This document shows, piece by piece, positions 57,255 to 64,000 of a DNA stretch of 64,000 nucleotides; positions within the stretch are counted from its first letter, which is position 1, and each line of letters opens with the position of its first letter. The notes under the pieces are model-generated. The model had not been told where the DNA came from, ran no database searches, and saw only the letters and a program-made list of their open reading frames with translations. The position numbers and the translations under genes were made by a program. Source of the stretch: Candidatus Egerieisoma sp. Lineage in GTDB: Bacteria > Bacteroidota > Bacteroidia > Bacteroidales > UBA932. The stretch lies in the NCBI GenBank assembly GCA_045592425.1, contig JAZNUT010000018.1, positions 5,108 to 69,107 of the forward strand, written 5' to 3'.

Positions 57255-57746
57255 ATGAACCGGCAAACCAACATAAAAGAGATATACGGCCAATATGCAC
57301 AGCAGCTCTATTTTACAGCTCTGCGCATAACAGGGAGCAGTTTTGATGCGGAAGAGGTTATGCAGGACACAATCCTCAAATACCACAACTTCCCCCAAAA
57401 GGAGGGGATAGAGAAACTGGGGAGCTGGCTCAAGAGCGTATGCATACGCAAGGCTCTGGACAAACTGAGGGAAAAACACCGCACAAAGGAGTTCCTGGAG
57501 GAATACAAAGAGGAACAGATACCTGCCACACCTCCGCAAGTGCAATACACAGTGGAGGAGATAAGGAAAACCCTCCTCCTTCTTCCCGACAATTACCGCA
57601 CAATCCTCTCCCTGCACCTGTTTGAAGGGTACGATTACCAGGAGATTGAGCAGATAACCGGCACAAAAGAGGCAACCATAAGGAGCCTCTACAAAAGGGC
57701 AAAAGAGAAACTTGCCGCAACAATACTGGAAAACAAAAAGAATTGA
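57255..57746 (+). CDS. ECF-type RNA polymerase sigma-70 factor
   Basis: Region 2 (EEVMQDTILKY...WLKSVCIRKALD) and region 4 (LPDNYRTILSLHLFEGYDYQEIEQITGTKEATIRSLYKRAKEKL). Confidence 0.88.
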   Translation: MNRQTNIKEIYGQYAQQLYFTALRITGSSFDAEEVMQDTILKYHNFPQKEGIEKLGSWLKSVCIRKALDKLREKHRTKEFLEEYKEEQIPATPPQVQYTVEEIRKTLLLLPDNYRTILSLHLFEGYDYQEIEQITGTKEATIRSLYKRAKEKLAATILENKKN

Positions 57747-57747
57747 A

Positions 57748-58254
57748 ATGGAAAATTTGGAAAAATACATACAGGACAATCTGGAGCAGTTCAACAAAGG
57801 AGAAATGCCTTCAGGACACCAGGAAAGATTCCTTGCAAAACTGGAAGCACTCCAATCCCAGGAGTGGCACCAGGAGCCAAAGCCACACCGCCTGCCAATC
57901 CGCAGAATCCTCTTTGCAGCCTCTGCAGCTGCGGCAGCAATAATCATTGCCCTGTTTGCAACCCTGCAGCCCGGCAACATAGGGCAATCATACAGCATTG
58001 GAATACAGGAAATGGCCCAGGAAATGTACACAGAAGAGGCAGAAATCCTGCAGATGCTCCCAGAAGATGACCTGCAGATGATAAACTCAGTAAAATCAAT
58101 AACCCAAGAGGCCATTCCCCTTACAGATCTTCTTCCCGACGAACTTTCCCCTGAAAAACGGGCAGAAATCCTCAGGGAATACTACAAGGCAAAGACAGCG
58201 GGACTCAAAAAGATAAAGACACTTTATGCGCAGAGTGACGAACCAATAGATTAA
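57748..58254 (+). CDS. probable anti-sigma factor (single TM)
   Basis: ATG lies 1 nt after the sigma stop. It has an N-terminal cytoplasmic segment, one TM helix (ILFAASAAAAAIIIALFA) and a C-terminal tail. Confidence 0.5.
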   Translation: MENLEKYIQDNLEQFNKGEMPSGHQERFLAKLEALQSQEWHQEPKPHRLPIRRILFAASAAAAAIIIALFATLQPGNIGQSYSIGIQEMAQEMYTEEAEILQMLPEDDLQMINSVKSITQEAIPLTDLLPDELSPEKRAEILREYYKAKTAGLKKIKTLYAQSDEPID

Positions 58255-58275
58255 CAAATTAAAAAACACATCAAT

Positions 58276-59148
58276 ATGAAAAGATTCTTCTTTACATTGG
58301 CAATAATTGCAGTGGCAACAATCTCTGCAATTGCCCAGAACAAACTTACCAAAGAGTACAAATTTGGAAAGATAACAAGCATTGAGGCAAGTTCGGTATA
58401 CGATATTGAGGTTACCCAGGGCAACTCCGGAACCGTAAAGGTGGTATATGATGAATTTTTTAAAGACAGGCTCATGGTCAACTATATCAACGGAAAACTC
58501 AATCTGGAAGTAGCCTCTACCAAAATGAGAAACAACAACAGGAACATTGAGGGGATAAAAGTATACCTGCAGATGCCTACCATAGAGGAACTGGACCTTT
58601 CAGGAGCATCATCACTCAAGGCAATGGGTTCATTCAAGACTGATGAACTTGATGTGGAACTTAGCGGAGCCTCTTCAATTTCAGGACTTGTAATAAGCGG
58701 AAACGACCTCTCACTGGACTGCAGCGGTGCAAGCAACCTCAATCTGAGAGGAGACTTCAAGACAATAGAAGCAGAAATATCCGGAGCATCAGAAATAGTG
58801 CTCAACAGCAACAGCACTGTATTTGAAGGGGAATTCAGCGGAGCATCAACCGTAAAAGTGTACGGAGACCACAAAAACACAGATGTAGTATGCTCAGGAG
58901 CCTCAAACCTCACCCTTGAAGGAAAGACAGACTACATAAAATCTGTAACCACCGGCGCAAGCAATCTGAAGGCCCAGGAATTCACCGCCCTTAACGGATA
59001 TGCCCAGGTAAGCGGAGCCAGCAACGCAAAAGTAAGATGTACCGGAGACCTGAAAATTATGGTGGGCCGTGCCTCAAAACTCACCTACTACGGTAACCCC
59101 AACATCATAAACCTGAACACAGACAACAACATAAAAAAAGGGGATTGA
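58276..59148 (+). CDS. DUF2807 / head-GIN-domain beta-helix protein, secreted
   Basis: Signal peptide followed by repeated SGAS(x)(x) turns (8 copies of GAS/GASN) typical of DUF2807. Confidence 0.7.
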   Translation: MKRFFFTLAIIAVATISAIAQNKLTKEYKFGKITSIEASSVYDIEVTQGNSGTVKVVYDEFFKDRLMVNYINGKLNLEVASTKMRNNNRNIEGIKVYLQMPTIEELDLSGASSLKAMGSFKTDELDVELSGASSISGLVISGNDLSLDCSGASNLNLRGDFKTIEAEISGASEIVLNSNSTVFEGEFSGASTVKVYGDHKNTDVVCSGASNLTLEGKTDYIKSVTTGASNLKAQEFTALNGYAQVSGASNAKVRCTGDLKIMVGRASKLTYYGNPNIINLNTDNNIKKGD

Positions 59149-59170
59149 TACGCACCCCTCTCAAAAACAG

Positions 59171-59208
59171 AAACTGTCGGGAAATTTTCTTCCCGACAGT
59201 TTTTTATT
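59171..59208. terminator. bidirectional terminator built from an inverted pair of the over-represented word
   Basis: AAACTGTCGGGAA-ATTTTC-TTCCCGACAGTTT followed by TTTATTTT, between convergent genes. Confidence 0.85.
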
Positions 59209-59209
59209 T

Positions 59210-60130
59210 TTAAAGATCACCTATCTGTTCAATGCTCAAGCCTGTCAGCTCGCTGATTGAACCATTGTCCATTCCTTTATCTTTCATTTTCTTTGCTATT
59301 TCCAAGGATTTTTTGGCCATACCCTGCTCAAAGCCCTTCTCCATTCCCTGTTCAAGTCCTTGCCTAAGCCCCTTTTCAATGGCATAATCAAGGCAAGCAT
59401 GATTGTCCCTGTAACGTTTAAGCCGCTCATCATAAATCAATTTCTCTTTAGGAGAAAGAGATGCAACGTCTGCATCCTCCAGGACACCTATAAATACCTC
59501 ACGTATATGCTCACTTAATCCATGCTCATAAACTTCCTGTTTCAATTCCTCTATTGTCTTCATACCCTCTTTCATTTGAATGAGTAAATATAACAATTTT
59601 TCATAGAAAGATTCACATTCTTCTATGTCGTCTTTTTCAAGGCACGGCAATTGGAGCATTATAAAATTCAGCCGGTCGGATAATAAATTATTTGTTCCTG
59701 GCTCACACAGCATAAAGTCTCTACGTAAAACAGGATCCTTTTCATATGCATAGTTCATCAGACAGATGCTATATACTTTTTTAATGTCATACTTCCATTC
59801 CTGGCCCTTTTCGCCCATCTGATCTATAAGACGACATGCATAATATAGCATTCGATTATGCATATATCCAATTCCTGCATTCTGTACTTCTATAAGATAC
59901 ATTTCTCCTTTGCTATCTTTACATAAGATATCAAAAATACATTCTCTGCCATCTTTATCCAATGGAATATTTTCATTATTAAGATAGCTTAAATCAACAA
60001 TAGGATCATCAAACTCCAATAGCATATTAAGAAAACCAATCAGATTCTTCTTGCTCCTTTCTGTTCCGAACAGGTACTTGAATCCCCAATCTACAAACGG
60101 ATTCAAAACGCCACTTCTACCCTCTTTCAT
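59210..60130 (-). CDS. Rpn-family recombination-promoting nuclease / PD-(D/E)XK putative transposase
   Basis: N-terminus NPFVDWGFKYLFG and nuclease core FDILCKDSKGEMYLIEVQN. The track start at 60136 is TTG, so ATG at 60130 is preferred. Confidence 0.8.
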   Translation of the reverse strand: MKEGRSGVLNPFVDWGFKYLFGTERSKKNLIGFLNMLLEFDDPIVDLSYLNNENIPLDKDGRECIFDILCKDSKGEMYLIEVQNAGIGYMHNRMLYYACRLIDQMGEKGQEWKYDIKKVYSICLMNYAYEKDPVLRRDFMLCEPGTNNLLSDRLNFIMLQLPCLEKDDIEECESFYEKLLYLLIQMKEGMKTIEELKQEVYEHGLSEHIREVFIGVLEDADVASLSPKEKLIYDERLKRYRDNHACLDYAIEKGLRQGLEQGMEKGFEQGMAKKSLEIAKKMKDKGMDNGSISELTGLSIEQIGDL

Positions 60131-60416
60131 ACACAATAGTTTTAAACATTCTGAACAAAACTATCAAACCTTGCTACAAACAACAAGAAGATGGGTAAAA
60201 TTTACGCCAACATTTTTATCTAATAAAAGAAATTGATTGTAAAAAGAAAAAAATCTCACTCCAAATGGTTTATTGCACATTCGTAAAACAGTCCGTAGGA
60301 TATTCAAAATCTTTCTTAATTATTATCAGTGCAATGTATATTGATATAGAATATATGCTTTAAAGGAAACAAGCTTCTAAAAAAGCGCCTAAATCTTACG
60401 ATTCAGACGCTTTCTT

Positions 60417-61385
<969 letters not shown>

Positions 61386-62543
61386 CTATCTGTAAAATGC
61401 TTTAATTCCTTTGCAAATATAATGCAATTGTTCCTCCGAAAGTTCTGTATGCATAGGCAATGACAATACTCTTCTCGAGAGTTTTGTTGCCACCTCCAGT
61501 TTGTTTTCCCCTTCAAGGGCCGCAGCACCTCCCGCCACTTTTGCAATTGGGATAAAAGCCTCCTGCCTCTGCAAAGGGAGCGGGTAATATATCATTGAAG
61601 GAATCTCCCTTTTTGCCAGAAAATCCTTAAGGGCATCCCTTTTCCCATCTGCAACCTTTATGGTAAACTGGTGATATACATGGGTGGTATAATCTGCTGT
61701 TACAGGGAGTTCAATCCCCTCTACAGCGGAGAGCTCATTGATGTAATACTCTGCAGCACTCTGTCGGGAAGCAATATATTCATCCAAATATTTGAGTTTC
61801 ACATCCAGAACGGCTGCCTGCAGGGTATCCAGGCGTGAGTTGCACCCAATCATACTGTGGTGGTACTTCACCTTCTGGCCATGGTTGGCTATGCAATAGA
61901 GTTTCTCTGCCAAGTCTGCGTTGTTGGTGAACATTGCACCGCCGTCTCCAAAACATCCAAGGTTCTTTGAAGGGAAAAATGAAGTGCATCCAATATCTCC
62001 AATAGTACCGCTCTGCGGATTCTCCACACCGTTAATTTCCCATTTCCACCTTGCACCTATTGCCTGGGCATTGTCCTCCACCACATACAGATTATGTTTG
62101 CGGGCTATCTCCATTATGCGCCCCATATTTGCACATTGTCCAAAAAGATGTACCGGAACAATTGCCTTTGAGCGAGGAGTTATTGCCTCCTCTATTTTTG
62201 ATGGATCAATATTGAAAGTATCCCACTCCACATCCACAAGCACCGGAGTAAGTCCCAGAAGGGCTATAACCTCTGCAGTTGCCACATAGGTAAAAGCCGG
62301 AACAATAATTTCATCTCCTCTTTCCAACCTTAAAGACATTAGGGCAATCTGCAGTGCATCAGTTCCATTAGCACATGTAATTGCGTGTGCAGCACCTGTA
62401 TAAGCAGACAAATTTGTAGAAAATTCCTTACATTTGGCACCGTTTATGAACTGAGCTGTATTTATTACTGTTTGCATGGAGGCATCTACCTCTTCCTTAA
62501 TTTTAAGGTATTGCCCAACCAGATCCACCATTTTAATGTTCAT
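61386..62543 (-). CDS. DegT/DnrJ/EryC1/StrS-family sugar aminotransferase (WbpE/GnnB-like)
   Basis: 385 aa with the PLP-lysine context SFFPSKNLG and N-terminus KEFSTNLSAYTGAAHAITCANGTDAL. Confidence 0.88.
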   Translation of the reverse strand: MNIKMVDLVGQYLKIKEEVDASMQTVINTAQFINGAKCKEFSTNLSAYTGAAHAITCANGTDALQIALMSLRLERGDEIIVPAFTYVATAEVIALLGLTPVLVDVEWDTFNIDPSKIEEAITPRSKAIVPVHLFGQCANMGRIMEIARKHNLYVVEDNAQAIGARWKWEINGVENPQSGTIGDIGCTSFFPSKNLGCFGDGGAMFTNNADLAEKLYCIANHGQKVKYHHSMIGCNSRLDTLQAAVLDVKLKYLDEYIASRQSAAEYYINELSAVEGIELPVTADYTTHVYHQFTIKVADGKRDALKDFLAKREIPSMIYYPLPLQRQEAFIPIAKVAGGAAALEGENKLEVATKLSRRVLSLPMHTELSEEQLHYICKGIKAFYR

Positions 62544-62572
62544 ACCGTAACTTTTATATATTTACAAAGATA

Positions 62573-63025
62573 ATGGAAAAAAGGATAACATATATTGTTG
62601 TAACGGCATTGTTCATGCTCTATATAGTGGCGGTGCTGTGCCTTTGCCTGCTTGATTTGTCAGATACCGCACCGGAACTTCCAAAATTCTTCCTGGGTAT
62701 TCCAATGGACAAACTTGCACACTTTCTGATGTACTTTGCCTACCCTGTAGTATGCTGGCTCATGCTTACCTACAACAAACGGATAAAGATAAACCACAAA
62801 TACCTGTATTCCACAATAATTATTACAGGACTGGCCTTTGCAGCCTTTACAGAAACAGCCCAAGGGCTGCTGACATCCTATCGGGAGCCGGATCCAATGG
62901 ATTTTCTGGCAAATACACTTGGCATTTTCTCTGCAACTCTGCTGCTGCGGATATTCCATAAGAGTGCCACAAAGGTTTGCGACAGGATACAGTTGTACAT
63001 GCACAAGAAGGTGCATAAGGGGTAA
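62573..63025 (+). CDS. VanZ-family membrane protein
   Basis: 150 aa, 4 TM, with the DKLAHFLMYF motif. Confidence 0.7.
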   Translation: MEKRITYIVVTALFMLYIVAVLCLCLLDLSDTAPELPKFFLGIPMDKLAHFLMYFAYPVVCWLMLTYNKRIKINHKYLYSTIIITGLAFAAFTETAQGLLTSYREPDPMDFLANTLGIFSATLLLRIFHKSATKVCDRIQLYMHKKVHKG

Positions 63026-63028
63026 ACA

Positions 63029-63063
63029 AAAACTGTCGGGAAGAATATTTTTCCCGACAGTTT
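63029..63063. terminator. second bidirectional terminator built from the same inverted word pair
   Basis: AAAACTGTCGGGAA-GAATATTT-TTCCCGACAGTTT between convergent vanZ-like and htpG genes. Confidence 0.8.
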
Positions 63064-63083
63064 AGTTCATATAAGGACTCACC

Positions 63084-64000
63084 CTATTTCTTCAAAAGCT
63101 CAAGGCTTCTCTGGATAAATGCATGCAACTCCTTGCCCTTAAGCATATTGTTTGAAAGGAGTGCAAGATCTACGGTCTGTTTCATAAGGTCGTTGCCTTT
63201 TGCAAACTCTTCCATGATGGCTTTTCTCTGAGCTGTTTTCTCCTCATCATTCTCACCTTTGATGTCTGCCACCTTGCATGCGGTGTCACCCTCCAATGTA
63301 TCTATAATCTCCCTCATTATAGGGTTCTCATAGTTAAGGGTAATATTGTAAGACTCAGGCATTGAACCGTAGAAATTAAGGCCTCCGTTAAGGGCGCTCA
63401 TCTCTCTGTAACGGCGCATGAACTCGCTCTGGGTAATTACAATAGGGGCAGTTGTTGCTCCAAGGTTATCTACCTGAACCTGATAGTGTGCACCCTCTGG
63501 CAATACAGCCTCAAATGCGTAGCCAAGGTCTTTCTCCTGGCCATCCTTAAGTGCAGGTTTCTCCTTGTTCTCCTTCTGGATAAGGTTGTCTATGCTGTCT
63601 GCATCCACTCTGGCAAAAGTTGAGTTCTCAAATTTGCTCTCCAAAAGGTTTACAAAGTGAGCATCCAACTGGCTGTCAAATACAAGTACCTGGTAACCTT
63701 TGTTCTTGGCAGCCTCAATATAAGAATACTGAGCTACAGGATCTGTGGTATAAAGATATACAAGTTTGTTGTTCTTGTCGGTCTGCTCACCCTCTATAAG
63801 GGTCTTGTACTCGTCATATTTGAAGTATTTGCCCTCTGTGGTTTTCATTAGCGCAAACTTGACAGCCTTCTCATAGAACTTCTCATCTGAGAGCATTCCG
63901 TACTCAATGAACAGCTTTAGATTGTCCCATTTCTCCTGGAACTGCTCCTTCTCGTTTCTTGATATTTCATCCAATCTGTCAGCCACCTTTCTGGTAATGT
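63084..64000 (-). CDS. htpG: molecular chaperone HtpG (Hsp90), C-terminal part; gene continues beyond the window
   Basis: Middle and C-terminal HtpG pattern (KLVYLYTTDPVAQYSYIEAAKNKGYQVLVFDSQLDAHFVNLLESKF). The reading frame stays open to position 64000. The track M at 63986 is an internal GTG. Confidence 0.88.
   Translation of the reverse strand, partial: ITRKVADRLDEISRNEKEQFQEKWDNLKLFIEYGMLSDEKFYEKAVKFALMKTTEGKYFKYDEYKTLIEGEQTDKNNKLVYLYTTDPVAQYSYIEAAKNKGYQVLVFDSQLDAHFVNLLESKFENSTFARVDADSIDNLIQKENKEKPALKDGQEKDLGYAFEAVLPEGAHYQVQVDNLGATTAPIVITQSEFMRRYREMSALNGGLNFYGSMPESYNITLNYENPIMREIIDTLEGDTACKVADIKGENDEEKTAQRKAIMEEFAKGNDLMKQTVDLALLSNNMLKGKELHAFIQRSLELLKK

Noticed and set aside
57162-58115. 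317-aa ORF on the minus strand
   Set aside because: It is antisense to the ECF sigma and anti-sigma genes, Cys-rich with no domain signature, and starts at a non-ATG codon. The plus-strand genes have clear sigma-70 regions 2 and 4.
59210-60130. Rpn/PD-(D/E)XK 'transposase' as an active mobile element
   Set aside because: I saw no terminal inverted repeats, target duplications or cargo genes. The flanking hairpin at 59171-59208 is the shared-word terminator, not an IS end. I treat it as a solitary chromosomal Rpn-family gene.
60137-60416. Possible small gene or sRNA in the 280-bp gap between the Rpn-like gene and the oxidoreductase gene
   Set aside because: It holds only a 61-aa ORF (60051-60236) with no start context or motif, and a weak 7-bp hairpin plus T-run that probably terminates the oxidoreductase gene. 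There is not enough evidence to call a feature.

Overview
Chromosomal segment of an anaerobic, amino-acid-fermenting Bacteroidales-type bacterium. The taxon is inferred from TAnnTTTG promoter boxes, lipoprotein signals and gene content, and looks Odoribacter/Butyricimonas-like. I saw no rRNA, tRNA, CRISPR array or obvious IS element. Gene content in order: (1) ilvD-ilvB-ilvN' with an Ile/Val-rich leader peptide and attenuator hairpin; (2) peptidase C69, NfeD, carA-carB and a CaCA antiporter; (3) an eight-gene operon of MarR, sulfur-oxidising-type Hdr-like proteins (C-B-A-C2 plus a membrane-anchored HdrD-like fusion), a probable cysteate synthase and a SulP permease, which is my best candidate for an undescribed system (a sulfite-supplying module for sulfonolipid precursor synthesis); (4) a small accessory stretch with a phosphoesterase, Kv-type channel, A1S_2505-like protein, GNAT, EamA, GtrA, AtoE and a His/Cys-repeat lipoprotein; (5) a complete lysine-to-butyrate fermentation locus (atoD-kal-kce-kdd-kamA-[P-loop protein]-[MutS-like ATPase]-kamD-kamE-atoA-bcd-etfB-etfA, divergent from crt-hbd), in which the two embedded ATPase genes have no assigned function; (6) housekeeping and envelope genes (acyltransferase, M28, DUF255-like, queA, XRE, pyrD, cinA, beta-lactamase-family, GntR-ABC, SDR, M19 dipeptidase, ECF sigma/anti-sigma/DUF2807, Rpn-like nuclease, sugar oxidoreductase/aminotransferase pair, VanZ, htpG'). 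Across the window the word CTGTCGGGAA/TTCCCGACAG (core GTCGGGA) is strongly over-represented on both strands. Inverted copies of it build two terminators, and it is absent from the lysine operon. All counts were made by eye and no database search was possible.
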